Source: Candidatus Omnitrophota bacterium
GTDB lineage: Bacteria; Omnitrophota; Omnitrophia; Omnitrophales; JACROU01
Assembly (NCBI GenBank): GCA_029261035.1
Contig: JAJDCD010000023.1
Coordinates: forward strand, 301,126-365,125
DNA: 64,000 bases
Direction of reading: 5' to 3'
Shown: positions 29,440 through 39,214 of the stretch, piece by piece
Layout of the letters: the number at the start of each line of letters is the position of its first letter
How positions within the stretch are numbered: the first letter of the stretch is position 1
Translations under genes and position numbers: made by a program
The notes under the pieces: model-generated
The model's database searches: none
Told to the model about the DNA's origin: nothing
What the model saw: only the letters and a program-made list of their open reading frames with translations

Positions 29440-29554
29440 TGTCATTGCGAGGCATTTGATAATTGAGCCGTGGCAATCTAGAATACTGTAATTACAAGAA
29501 TACACCCTTTGTCTGAGATTGCTGCGGCTCTTTATGTTTACGCCTCGCAATGAC
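29440..29554. repeat. REP-like palindrome (TTGCGAG subfamily)
   Basis: tgtcattgcgaggc..gagccgtggcaatct / agattgctgcggctc..gcctcgcaatgac. Confidence 0.85.
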
Positions 29555-29681
29555 GGATGCGGGGTTGGTCACTCCATGTACTAGATAAAGCATGTACTAG
29601 TTTTCGTCTCTTTTGGGAGGGGGCTTAAGAGTGTTCCTAATTATATAGCTGTTAGGCCGCTTTTATGAGAGTCGGAGAGTT

Positions 29682-29716
29682 ATGTGCCAGGCCTGCCATT
29701 GAGGGGCCTGGCACAT
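29682..29716. repeat. GTGCCAGGCC palindrome
   Basis: atgtgccaggcc..ggcctggcacat; relatives at 39141, 59958, 6151. Confidence 0.7.
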
Positions 29717-29879
29717 CGGGTACATAACTAAGATGAACAGGTTAAAAGGGTATCGTTTGAATATAACTATTATTAAGCAATATAACGCTGGGATGTTGTC
29801 CTTCGACCCCTTTCTGTGTTAACATAAGCGTTCTTTAATCCGCATTGTTTAACCCTTTAAACCTATTAGAGAAGGATTT

Positions 29880-31178
29880 ATGGCTACAATACGTTCATTT
29901 CAAGGGCTTAGATATAATCCCAAAAGAGTAAAAATTGGTTTGGTAACAGCGCCTCCTTATGATGTAATTTCTCCTAAGGAACAGCAGGCTTTTTATGATT
30001 TAGACGAGAGAAATGTTGTCCGTCTTATTTTGGGGCAAGAGTTTCCTTTAGATGATTCTTCGCATAATCGCTATACCCGATCTCGAGAATTCTTAGAAAG
30101 TTGGCAAAAGGAAAAGGTTCTTATTCAAGAAAAGGAACCTGCAATCTATGTGTATCAACAAGAATTTGCTCACCCTGAAACAAAAAAGAAGATCAAGCGC
30201 CTTTCATTTTTGTGTGCTTTAAAAGTAGAAGAGTTTGGGAAAGGGAAAGTTTATCCTCATGAGGCAACTCTTAAAGGCCCAAAAGCAGATCGCTTGAAAC
30301 TGATATCAACGACTCGAGCTAATTTGTCTGCAGTGTATGGGTTGTATAACGACAATAAAAACGCAGTTCGAAAAAACTTATTACCTGTAACTAAGAAAAA
30401 AGCTTTGTTTGCGTTTAAAGATAAACAAAATGTTTCTCACAAAGTGTGGCCTGTTACAGATAAAAACAAAATCCAAAAAATAACCAAACTATTTAAAACT
30501 AAAGATATTTTTATTGCGGATGGGCATCATCGTTATGAAACGGCATTTAATTATTCGCGCTCTTTAAAGAAGGGTTCCGTAAGCCCAAATGAGAAAGATA
30601 ATGCAGGACACATTCTAATAGCGATGTCTGCTTTTGAAGATCCGGGTTTAGCGATGTTTCCAACGCATCGTTTATTGATGAACTCCCCAAAGTTTGATTT
30701 GGACAAAGTGATTAAAAAACTGAGTCAAGTTTTTGAGATCGAGGCATACGACATAAATAAACTTGAGAAAAGACTCAATAAGGTTTCTAAAAAAGAGCAG
30801 TGTCTTGGTATTTATTCTGAAGGGGAAGCTTATTTAATAAAAATCTCAAATACGCAGTTATTCAAGAAGAAAGCGCCTAAAGGAAAATCAAAAGAATGGC
30901 AAAAACTTTCCGCCAGCGTTGCTTCTGAATTGGTGATTAAACCTATTTTTAAGATTAATGAAAAAAATAAAGAAAAGCATTTGGTCTACACCCACTTTTT
31001 CCAAGAGTCCGTAGATCTTGTGGATAGCGGAGATGCGCAATGCGCTGTAATTTTACCTCCAACTTCTATTGAAGAAATGAAGAAGATTTGTAAACTTAAA
31101 CAACGTATGCCGCAGAAATCAACCTACTTTTATCCAAAACTAGCCAGCGGTGTTGTTTTCCATAAACACGAAGCGTAA
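29880..31178 (+). CDS. DUF1015 family protein
   Basis: APPYDVIS, PHEAT, IADGHHRYETA, MPQKSTYFYPK. Confidence 0.9.
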   Translation: MATIRSFQGLRYNPKRVKIGLVTAPPYDVISPKEQQAFYDLDERNVVRLILGQEFPLDDSSHNRYTRSREFLESWQKEKVLIQEKEPAIYVYQQEFAHPETKKKIKRLSFLCALKVEEFGKGKVYPHEATLKGPKADRLKLISTTRANLSAVYGLYNDNKNAVRKNLLPVTKKKALFAFKDKQNVSHKVWPVTDKNKIQKITKLFKTKDIFIADGHHRYETAFNYSRSLKKGSVSPNEKDNAGHILIAMSAFEDPGLAMFPTHRLLMNSPKFDLDKVIKKLSQVFEIEAYDINKLEKRLNKVSKKEQCLGIYSEGEAYLIKISNTQLFKKKAPKGKSKEWQKLSASVASELVIKPIFKINEKNKEKHLVYTHFFQESVDLVDSGDAQCAVILPPTSIEEMKKICKLKQRMPQKSTYFYPKLASGVVFHKHEA

Positions 31179-31212
31179 GAGTGGCTAATAGCTTTTAGTA
31201 AGAAATTCTAAG

Positions 31213-31282
31213 TTGTCATTCTCGAAATCTTTTTTCGGGGATGAGAGAAAAACCAAAGATTGTCATTTTGAAACAAATGACA
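31213..31282. repeat. Degenerate GTCAT-family REP fragments
   Basis: ttgtcattctcgaaatc..tcggggatgag; ttgtcattttgaaacaaatgacaa. Confidence 0.55.
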
Positions 31283-31305
31283 AAGACTTAACAAAGGAGT
31301 TCATT

Positions 31306-32355
31306 ATGGCCGATATTAATATTCCGAATTCGGATGATTTCAAAATGCCACAAATGCCTAATTTAAAAGGTTGGTTGGTGCCCGTTATTTTGGTGTTTGC
31401 ATTATTTTCTGTGGGTAGCACAGCTTTTTATACCGTGAATCCGGACTCTGTTGGAGTTACGTTGCGTTTTGGTGAATACGTTCGAACAACACAGCCGGGC
31501 CTTCATTGGAAGATTCCCTTTGGGATTGAAACCGTAGAGAAAGTGCGAGTAACACACGTTTTTAAAGAGGAATTTGGTTTTAGAACCGTTCGCACTGGAG
31601 TTAGAACAGCCTACGCTGGAGATCAAGGGGGGTATTCGACACGCCAGAATACAGGCAATATGGGATTTCCTCGAGGTTCTTTCTTGGCAGAATCTATGAT
31701 GTTGAGCGGAGATCTGAATATGGCGGTTGTGGAGTTCATTGTTCAGTACCGAATTAAGGATCCTGTAAAATATTTATTTAATGTTCGTGATGTGAGCGCT
31801 ACGATTCGTGCAATGGCCGAAGCGGCAATGCGTTCTGTTGTGGGCGACCGAATTGTAAATGAAGTTTTAACTTCAGGTCGAGAAGAAATTCGTGTTCAAG
31901 CTCAGGTGGAGCTGCAAGAGCTTTTAGATCGTCTGGAAACAGGGATTTTGATTTCTAATGTGGTTCTTCAAGATGTGAACCCTCCAGATGAAGTAAGACC
32001 TTCCTTTAATGAGGTGAATGAAGCAAAACAAGAAAAAGAAAAAACTATTAACCAAGCTCGTCAGGAGTATAACCGAGTTGTTCCTCGAGCAAAGGGTGAA
32101 GCGGAAAAAGTACTTCGCGAAGCTGAAGGTTATGCGTTGGACAGGGTCAATCGAGCTCAAGGGGATGCTGCAAAATTTCTTTTAACTTGGGAAGCTTATA
32201 ATATAGCTCAAGACGTAACACGCCGCAGACTTTTTATTGAAATGATGAACGAGGTCTTGCCGCAGGTGGACCATAAATTTATCGTTGATGAAGATGAAAA
32301 GGGTTTAGTGCCCTTACTTCAGCTAGCGGGTAAATCCTTAGATGGAGGGAAGTAA
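31306..32355 (+). CDS. hflK: FtsH protease modulator HflK
   Basis: SPFH domain (RFG..PGLHWKIP, LQDVNPP, FNEVNEA, VVPRAKGEA); start at ATG 31306 after AAGGAG. Confidence 0.9.
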   Translation: MADINIPNSDDFKMPQMPNLKGWLVPVILVFALFSVGSTAFYTVNPDSVGVTLRFGEYVRTTQPGLHWKIPFGIETVEKVRVTHVFKEEFGFRTVRTGVRTAYAGDQGGYSTRQNTGNMGFPRGSFLAESMMLSGDLNMAVVEFIVQYRIKDPVKYLFNVRDVSATIRAMAEAAMRSVVGDRIVNEVLTSGREEIRVQAQVELQELLDRLETGILISNVVLQDVNPPDEVRPSFNEVNEAKQEKEKTINQARQEYNRVVPRAKGEAEKVLREAEGYALDRVNRAQGDAAKFLLTWEAYNIAQDVTRRRLFIEMMNEVLPQVDHKFIVDEDEKGLVPLLQLAGKSLDGGK

Positions 32356-32357
32356 TA

Positions 32358-33302
32358 ATGAAAAATACATGGCTTGCACCTTTTTTTGCTCTTTTCTTTT
32401 TGTTAATCATTCTTGTTGTTAATTCAGCATATATTGTTAATGAGGCACAACAAGTTATTATTACTCAGTTTGGAGAACCGATTAAAAAACCTATTATAGA
32501 ACCAGGACTTCATTTTAAAACCCCTTTTATTCAAAATGCTAATATTTTTGATAAAAGGATTCTACAATGGGATGGTTATCCAAACGAAATTCCAACTAAG
32601 GATAAGAAATTTATCTGGCTGGATATCACAGCACGTTGGCAGATTGTCGATCCGCTTGCTTTCTTAAGAACGATGGGCAATGAAAATAATGCTCAGAGTC
32701 GTTTGGACGATATTATTGATGGTATTGCTCGTGACTTTATTACAAGCAATAACTTGATTGAGATTGTGCGTGGGACAAATCGAATCTTGGAGATTCCTAG
32801 AAAAGAAGAAGATATTAATGCAGATGTTCAGATCGAAGAAATAACAACAGGACGAGATACTATTATGAGAGCTGTTGTTGATAAAACACGAGAAGCTGTT
32901 AAAGATTACGGAATTCAGATTGTTGACGTTCAAATTAAACGTATCAATTATGTGGATCGCGTACGACAAAAAGTATTTGAACGAATGATCTCGGAAAGAA
33001 AGCGGGCCGCGGAAAAACTTCGTTCTGAAGGACTTGGGGTTAGTGCAGAGATCGAAGGGGAAAAAGGGAAAGAAGTAAAACGCATTCTTTCAGGAGCCTA
33101 TAAAGAGGCTCAAACCCTAAAAGGTCAAGCGGATGCAGAGGCAACGAATGTTTATGCAGAAGCTTATAATAAAGGTCCTGAGTTTTATTCTTTTATGAAG
33201 ACAATGGAAACCTATCGCAATACCATTGCTACCGGAACTACATTAATTCTTTCCACAGATTCTGATTACATGAAGTATTTAAAGGACACAGTAAAAAATT
33301 AA
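32358..33302 (+). CDS. hflC: FtsH protease modulator HflC
   Basis: PGLHFKTPFIQ, TKDKK, DVQIKRI, RMISER, PEFYSF. Confidence 0.9.
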   Translation: MKNTWLAPFFALFFLLIILVVNSAYIVNEAQQVIITQFGEPIKKPIIEPGLHFKTPFIQNANIFDKRILQWDGYPNEIPTKDKKFIWLDITARWQIVDPLAFLRTMGNENNAQSRLDDIIDGIARDFITSNNLIEIVRGTNRILEIPRKEEDINADVQIEEITTGRDTIMRAVVDKTREAVKDYGIQIVDVQIKRINYVDRVRQKVFERMISERKRAAEKLRSEGLGVSAEIEGEKGKEVKRILSGAYKEAQTLKGQADAEATNVYAEAYNKGPEFYSFMKTMETYRNTIATGTTLILSTDSDYMKYLKDTVKN

Positions 33303-33345
33303 TTGGCTTTTTTCTTTAAAATCATAGCAATTTAAAATGCAAAAA

Positions 33346-33451
33346 GTCATTGCGAGGCAAAGACAAAATAGCCGTGGCAATCCCAGAAGTAAGGAGATTT
33401 ATCTTTTATCTGAGATTGCCACGGCGTATGAGTCGGATGCCTCGAAATGAC
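33346..33451. repeat. REP-like palindrome (TTGCGAG subfamily)
   Basis: gtcattgcgaggca..gccgtggcaatcccaga / tctgagattgccacggc..tgcctcgaaatgac. Confidence 0.85.
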
Positions 33452-33465
33452 AAACTCTTTTCATC

Positions 33466-34860
33466 ATGAAAACTTTCCACAAACAATTCTCTTTTGATTC
33501 TATATCTCCTTTCAATTTTTTCTATCATTTTACGCAAGCAAAAACCCGAATTTTTTTGGATAGCCCAGAAGAAAATAAATTAGGGCAATACTCTTATGTG
33601 TTGTGGGACGAGATTGCTTCTTTTGCTTCTAGAAAAAATAAAATTGAAATTGAAAGTAATAATAAAGTAACAAAGCTAACGAAAGAACCCTTCTCTCAGC
33701 TTCAGTCATTTTATAAAAAATATCAAAAAACAAAAAAACAGCCGAAATCTTTTTTCACAGGAGGGCTTGTCGGGTACTTGTCTTATGAAGTAAATGGAAC
33801 TTTTGAAACTCTCCCTAAGCCTAAAGAAGATAAAGAATTAGAGTTCCTGCCAGACATTTATTTTATAGTTCCAAAAAATGTTGTCGTATTTGATCACTTT
33901 AAAAATAAAATACATTTATTCGTCCATGGCACAGCCGAGGAAAAAACAAAGCAAGAGTTTGAGTTTTTAATTAGGAGCATAAAAGAGTATTTAAAAGGAA
34001 CGCTCAGATCAAATTTTAATGGCAAGTCTGTTTCAATATCTAATCTAAAGCCACAGATTAAAAAACCGCATTTTAAACGAATGGTTCAAAAGGCTAAGAG
34101 CTATATTGCTGCAGGTGACATTTATCAAGCAAATCTATCTCAACGATTTTCATTTGACCACAAAGGCTCTTTGTTGCGGCTATATCAAAAATTAAGAGAA
34201 ATTAATCCTTCTCCTTTTTCCTCCTATTTAGAGACAAAAGATTTTACGATTGTAAGCTCTTCTCCAGAACGTTTGGTGCGAGTGGAAAAAGGTGTTTGTG
34301 AAACGCGGCCTATTGCTGGGACACGCCGACGTGGAAAAAACAAGAAGGAAGATGGAAAGCTTTCCAAAGAGTTACTCTTAAATGAGAAAGAACAAGCAGA
34401 GCATTTGATGTTGGTGGATTTAGAAAGAAATGATTTGGGGAGAGTATGTGATTTTAATACGGTACATGTAGACGAGTGGATGACGTTAGAAAAATATTCT
34501 CACGTGATTCATATTGTTTCCAATGTAAAAGGGAAGCTTTCTAAGAACAAAAATAATTTTGATGTGATTCGCACCATGTTTCCAGGAGGGACAATTACGG
34601 GATGTCCTAAGATTCGATCCATGGAAGTGATTCATGAATTGGAGCCTACAAAAAGGAGTTTGTATACGGGATCTATTGGTTATATCGATTTTAGTGGGTT
34701 GATGGATTTGAATATTGTGATTCGGACGATTCTTTGCTCTAAGAAGAAGGGGTATGTGCAGGTGGGGGCGGGAATTGTGCATGACTCGGATCCGGAGAGG
34801 GAGTATGAGGAGACGCTTCATAAGGCGGAGGCGATGTTTGAGGCGTTGAGGGGGAGTTGA
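33466..34860 (+). CDS. pabB: Aminodeoxychorismate synthase component I (chorismate-binding family)
   Basis: GDIYQANLSQ, SSSPERL, RPIAGT, EHLMLVDLERNDLGRV, FPGGTITGCPK; lies next to pabC-like and folC. trpE is not excluded. Confidence 0.75.
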   Translation: MKTFHKQFSFDSISPFNFFYHFTQAKTRIFLDSPEENKLGQYSYVLWDEIASFASRKNKIEIESNNKVTKLTKEPFSQLQSFYKKYQKTKKQPKSFFTGGLVGYLSYEVNGTFETLPKPKEDKELEFLPDIYFIVPKNVVVFDHFKNKIHLFVHGTAEEKTKQEFEFLIRSIKEYLKGTLRSNFNGKSVSISNLKPQIKKPHFKRMVQKAKSYIAAGDIYQANLSQRFSFDHKGSLLRLYQKLREINPSPFSSYLETKDFTIVSSSPERLVRVEKGVCETRPIAGTRRRGKNKKEDGKLSKELLLNEKEQAEHLMLVDLERNDLGRVCDFNTVHVDEWMTLEKYSHVIHIVSNVKGKLSKNKNNFDVIRTMFPGGTITGCPKIRSMEVIHELEPTKRSLYTGSIGYIDFSGLMDLNIVIRTILCSKKKGYVQVGAGIVHDSDPEREYEETLHKAEAMFEALRGS

Positions 34861-34870
34861 TGTTGAAGTG

Positions 34871-35158
34871 GGTGCTCAGAGAATGTTCTCCGGCGCTCAG
34901 ACAGCACAAAAGTGACTGTCACCTAGGGTGACTATCACTTTTGTGAACTCGCTGCGGAGAACATTCTCTGAGCACTTCTATTATTCGCTGGGGGTGTGTT
35001 AGGGCGTTGAAAACAAGAACGCCATCGAGGGTTCTTGTTTTCTTGGCATAAGGTGTTTCGTTATTGTGTAAATAACGAAACGCGTTTTTGTTTTTGGAGT
35101 TTAGATTTGTTTCAGGGATAAAGGCGCTTGTTATTTGGAAGAGATTGTTAGGATTTAG
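34871..35158 (-). other. Three-hairpin structured element, copy 2 (subtype B, with tail)
   Basis: gtgctcagagaatgttctccg/cggagaacattctctgagcac; CATCGAG hairpin 35009-35042; tttcgttatt-gtgta-aataacgaaa; tail gggataaaggc..ttaggattta. Confidence 0.9.
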
Positions 35159-35236
35159 TGAAGACAAAGAATATTTGTCATTGCGATACGGCTCTTTGGT
35201 TGTGCCTCGCAATGGTTATAAGAAAAGGAGCTCGGG

Positions 35237-36064
35237 TTGAGGGTTTATTTGTTTCGGGATGAGACATTGGTGGATGTGGATAGGGTTGAGGGGGTGGATT
35301 ATTTTGAGGGGCCTTCTTTTAATGTGTTTGAGAGCATTCGTACTTATGGGGGGATTCCGTTTCAACTTGAAGAGCATTTACAGCGGTTGAGGGAATCGTC
35401 TGTTACTTCAGGTCTTGAGTTAAAAGATGCGGCTTCTGAGCTTAAGAAGAAGGTAATGGCTTGTTTAAAGCAGGTTCCTAGAGGTGATTATTTTATTCGC
35501 TTAACGTTAACTCCCAAACATTTTTGGATTCTTTTTCTTCCTGAGAAGAAGAGGGACAAAGCTATTTATCAAAAGGGTGTTTCCGTTCGGACAGCCCCTA
35601 CAGTAAGACATTCTTCGCATAGCTCTTATCCGGGAGTGAAGAGTTCTAATTTTCTAAATCAGGTGTTGGGCACTTTGGATATGGGAAAAAAAGAAGTTTT
35701 TGAGATTATGTTTCTGTCTCCTTCAGGAGAGCTTCAGGAGGCGAGAACCTGGAATTTTTTTCTTATTAAGAAGGGCACTTTGAGAACACCTGATTTACCA
35801 GGGATCCTGGGTGGAGTGACCCGTAAGTTTGTGATAGAATTAGCCTCCATTTTAAGTATTCCTGTTGAGGAGACAACGTTGAGTCGAGCGGACGCTTATA
35901 ATGCGGATGAAGCTTTTTTGACGAATACTTCAGGTGAGATTGTTCCCATTCAAGAGTGGGATGGTAGAAAGATCGGAAATGGAAAGTTGGGACCTTTAAC
36001 TAAAAGTTTAACAAAGAAATATAAGCAAGAAGTAAGGAATTGGGTGAAGCGGAATGAAAAATAA
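35237..36064 (+). CDS. Class IV aminotransferase / aminodeoxychorismate lyase-like
   Basis: VFESIRTY, HLQRL, KSSN, ILGGVTR, ADEAFLTNT. Confidence 0.85.
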   Translation: MRVYLFRDETLVDVDRVEGVDYFEGPSFNVFESIRTYGGIPFQLEEHLQRLRESSVTSGLELKDAASELKKKVMACLKQVPRGDYFIRLTLTPKHFWILFLPEKKRDKAIYQKGVSVRTAPTVRHSSHSSYPGVKSSNFLNQVLGTLDMGKKEVFEIMFLSPSGELQEARTWNFFLIKKGTLRTPDLPGILGGVTRKFVIELASILSIPVEETTLSRADAYNADEAFLTNTSGEIVPIQEWDGRKIGNGKLGPLTKSLTKKYKQEVRNWVKRNEK

Positions 36065-37604
36065 GTTAGCGCTTGTGAGTGTTTCAGATAAATCAGGGCT
36101 AGCTCCTTTTTGTCGAGGTTTGAGAAAAATGGGGTACGATATTGTGTCGACAGGGGGAACTTTAAAGTTTTTAAAGAAAAATAAAATTGCGGTTCAATCC
36201 ATTTCTGAGCTCACTGAATTTCCAGAAATATTAGATGGACGTGTGAAGACTTTGCATCCGAAAGTGCATGGAGGTTTGCTTTATCGAAGAAATGATGTGA
36301 ATCATAAGAAGCAAGTTAAAGAGCATGAGATTCAGCCTATTGATATGGTTGTTGTTAATCTTTATCCTTTTAAAGCGGTTGTTCAAAAGCCTAATGTCAA
36401 ATTTCAAGATGCGATTGAGAATATTGATATTGGAGGTCCTAGCATGTTGCGTTCTGCAGCGAAAAACTTTGAATCTGTTGCCGTTGTGACAGATCCTCAA
36501 GATTACGCATCTGTTTTAGAAGAAATGCAAAAAGCTAAAGGTAAAATCTCTTTAAGTACACGAAAAAAATTGTCGGCCAAGGTTTTTCAATTAACCAGTC
36601 GTTATGATGCCTTAATCGGATCTTTTCTCTCTGAAGATTCTGAAATACTTCCTGAAACAATCAACTTATCCTTTCAAAAAAAGAACCCTTTACGTTATGG
36701 AGAAAATCCACACCAACAAGCGGCTGTTTATGAGATGGAAACAACTCATCCTGAAATTTTTCCAGAGCAGTTGAGTGGAAAAGAATTGTCTTATAATAAC
36801 TTATTGGATACATTTGCTACGCTTTCAATTATTCAGGAATTTTCTAAACCTTCAGCGTGTGTAATTAAACATAACAACCCTTGCGGCATTGCGCAAAGCA
36901 CACAACTTGCAGATGCTGTTTCTAAAGCTATTGAATGTGATTCTCAATCTGCATTTGGTGGGATTGTGGGTTTAAATAAGAAGTGTGATTCAAAAACAGC
37001 AAAAGTCTTGTTGGAGCAACTTCGTTTTTTTGAAGTTGTTATTGCGCCAGATTATGATTCGAAAGCTCTAGCGGCTTTGAAAAAGAGAAAAAATTTACGT
37101 ATTCTTAAAGTTGATTTAAAAAAAACATCAGAGCGGTTTTCATATCAAATTAATAACGGATCTCTTCTGCTTCAAGAACGCAACACGTCTTTGGTCGAGC
37201 GAGAACAGAAAATTCTTAAAGGCCTTAAGTGGGTGACAAAGGTTAAAGGGAGCAAGAAAGATGCTGAGGATCTTTTATTTGCTTGGAAATGCGCAAAGCA
37301 AGTAAAGTCGAATGCTATTGTTTTGACCCAAGGCTCACAGACGGTTGGTATTGGTGCGGGACAAATGTCTCGTGTGGATTCGGTTCGAATTGCTTGTGAT
37401 AAGGCAGGTAATAAGACTCAAGGGGCTCTTCTCGCAAGTGATGGATTTTTCCCAATGCCTGACAATATCGAAGTAGCTAGCCGCCATGGAATTCGATTGA
37501 TCATACAACCTGGAGGTTCAATTAAGGACCCGGATGTCATAGAAGCTTGTGATTTTTATGGTATTGGTATGTGTCTTACAGGGGAACGCCACTTTAAGCA
37601 CTAA
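36054..37604 (+). CDS. purH: Bifunctional AICAR transformylase / IMP cyclohydrolase
   Basis: SVSDKSG, GRVKTLHP, IDIGGP, LRYGENPHQ, KHNNPCG, SDGFFP, RHFKH. Confidence 0.97.
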   Translation: MKNKLALVSVSDKSGLAPFCRGLRKMGYDIVSTGGTLKFLKKNKIAVQSISELTEFPEILDGRVKTLHPKVHGGLLYRRNDVNHKKQVKEHEIQPIDMVVVNLYPFKAVVQKPNVKFQDAIENIDIGGPSMLRSAAKNFESVAVVTDPQDYASVLEEMQKAKGKISLSTRKKLSAKVFQLTSRYDALIGSFLSEDSEILPETINLSFQKKNPLRYGENPHQQAAVYEMETTHPEIFPEQLSGKELSYNNLLDTFATLSIIQEFSKPSACVIKHNNPCGIAQSTQLADAVSKAIECDSQSAFGGIVGLNKKCDSKTAKVLLEQLRFFEVVIAPDYDSKALAALKKRKNLRILKVDLKKTSERFSYQINNGSLLLQERNTSLVEREQKILKGLKWVTKVKGSKKDAEDLLFAWKCAKQVKSNAIVLTQGSQTVGIGAGQMSRVDSVRIACDKAGNKTQGALLASDGFFPMPDNIEVASRHGIRLIIQPGGSIKDPDVIEACDFYGIGMCLTGERHFKH

Positions 37605-37626
37605 GGGGGTGTTGTTTGGGGTTTCT

Positions 37627-37717
37627 TGTCATTCTGAGCATAGCGAAGAATCTCAGACAAATAGCATATCATCCTAATCCATTTAGATTCTTCGTCGTTA
37701 CACTCCTCAGAATGACA
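37627..37717. repeat. REP-like palindrome, GTCAT...ATGAC family
   Basis: tgtcattctgagcatagcgaagaatct / agattcttcgtcg..ctcctcagaatgaca. Confidence 0.85.
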
Positions 37718-37757
37718 AACAACTTAAAGGCTTATCAAGCGCTATAAACAGGACATC

Positions 37758-39092
37758 ATGATGACCTATACATCTGCAATCCAATTTTTAGATTCCTTTA
37801 TTAATTTTGAACAAATAAAGAATTTTAATCCAAATCGATGTTTTAATTTAGAGAGAATGAGATTATTCCTCAGTTGGTTTGAAGCTCCTCAGAATAATTA
37901 TCCTTCTGTACTTATTGCTGGAACTAAAGGAAAAGGTTCTACAGCTGCTTTTCTAACTTCTATTTTGAAAGAGTCGGGATATAAAGTTGGAACTTATATT
38001 TCTCCGCACCTTCAGCACGAAAGAGAACGTATCCAGATTAATCAACAACACATTTCAGAAAAAGAGTTTGTTTTAGGCGTTGAGCTGATCAAAAAAAAAT
38101 TCCAAAATAAAAAAATTCCAAAAGAATTAGGGCGACCTACTTATTATGAACTATTTACGCTTCTAACCTTTATTTTGTTTAAAAAGAAAAAAGTAGATAT
38201 TGCTGTTATTGAAGTGGGGATGGGTGGAAGGCTGGATGCAACCAATGTACTAGAGCCTCTTTGTTCTGTTATTACGAGCATTAGTTTAGATCATCAAGAT
38301 CAATTAGGGAACACTGTTGCAAAAATAGCTAAGGAGAAAGCAGATATTTTTCGAACCGGTAAATTAGCCGTTTCGGCCGAACAAGACAAAGAGGCGATGA
38401 AACAAATCCGATTCATAGCGAAGCAAAAGAAATCTTTTTTGTTTGAGGATAAAATAGATTTCTCCGTTTCTTTGAAAAAGATGAGCTCACAAGGCTTGGA
38501 GTTTACTTTCTCTATGAAATCTGTTTTAGGAAATAAAGCAATTCAATTTAAAACACCGTTGACAGGAGAGTTTCAGTTAAAGAATGCAGGTCTTGCTGTT
38601 GCTACAGCGTTATTAATAAAGAAAGAGGGTTGTAAGAAGATCTCCACCGCCTCGATAAGCCAAGGTTTGAAAAGAGTGAAGTGGCCTGGTCGTTTTGAGA
38701 TTGTTTCTCAAAAACCCTATATTGTTTTGGATGGAGCACATAATGGGGATTCTATGAAGAGCCTCGTTAGAAGTATTAAAAAAATTTTCCCTAAATATTG
38801 TGTGATTCCTATTCTTAGTGTATCTTGGGGGAAAGATGTGGCAGTTATCGCTAAGGAGCTAAGCGGAGTTTCGGAAAGAGTTATTTTGACAGAAACGGAA
38901 CACTCTCGATCTTATGAAGTTGGAGACTTGCTAGAGCAAGTTGCTCCTTATTTTAAACGTATCGAGATAGCATCTTCTGTTGAAAAAGCGATTCAATTAG
39001 CACGTATTTCTATGCAGCCCAAAGAGATTCTTTTGATTACAGGCTCCTTATTTTTAGTTGGAGAAGCCCGGACTTTATCTCAGCTGACATAG
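37758..39092 (+). CDS. folC: Folylpolyglutamate synthase / dihydrofolate synthase
   Basis: AGTKGKGST, SPHL, EVGMGGRLDATN, WPGRFE, DGAHN, TGSLFLVG. Confidence 0.95.
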   Translation: MMTYTSAIQFLDSFINFEQIKNFNPNRCFNLERMRLFLSWFEAPQNNYPSVLIAGTKGKGSTAAFLTSILKESGYKVGTYISPHLQHERERIQINQQHISEKEFVLGVELIKKKFQNKKIPKELGRPTYYELFTLLTFILFKKKKVDIAVIEVGMGGRLDATNVLEPLCSVITSISLDHQDQLGNTVAKIAKEKADIFRTGKLAVSAEQDKEAMKQIRFIAKQKKSFLFEDKIDFSVSLKKMSSQGLEFTFSMKSVLGNKAIQFKTPLTGEFQLKNAGLAVATALLIKKEGCKKISTASISQGLKRVKWPGRFEIVSQKPYIVLDGAHNGDSMKSLVRSIKKIFPKYCVIPILSVSWGKDVAVIAKELSGVSERVILTETEHSRSYEVGDLLEQVAPYFKRIEIASSVEKAIQLARISMQPKEILLITGSLFLVGEARTLSQLT

Positions 39093-39140
39093 TTAGATTC
39101 ATATGGACTTATTTTTTTGGCCACCCTTAGTTGGGTACCT

Positions 39141-39172
39141 AGTGTGCCTGGTCTTTAGACCTGGCACACACT
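39141..39172. repeat. GTGCCWGG palindrome
   Basis: gtgtgcctggtc ttta gacctggcacac. Confidence 0.6.
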
Positions 39173-39214
39173 AAATTTTACCGTTTTCACATTCTCAGAA
39201 GTAAAGGAGCTTAA

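Noticed and set aside
34871-34976. Hammerhead or other known small ribozyme in domain 1
   Set aside because: No CUGANGA plus GAAA core in the required junction on either strand. A novel catalytic RNA is not excluded.
34919-35212. 97-aa minus-strand ORF, and similar ORFs at 40863, 40884, 48036, 59024, 26380, 54659
   Set aside because: They are translations of repeat elements or overlap real genes.
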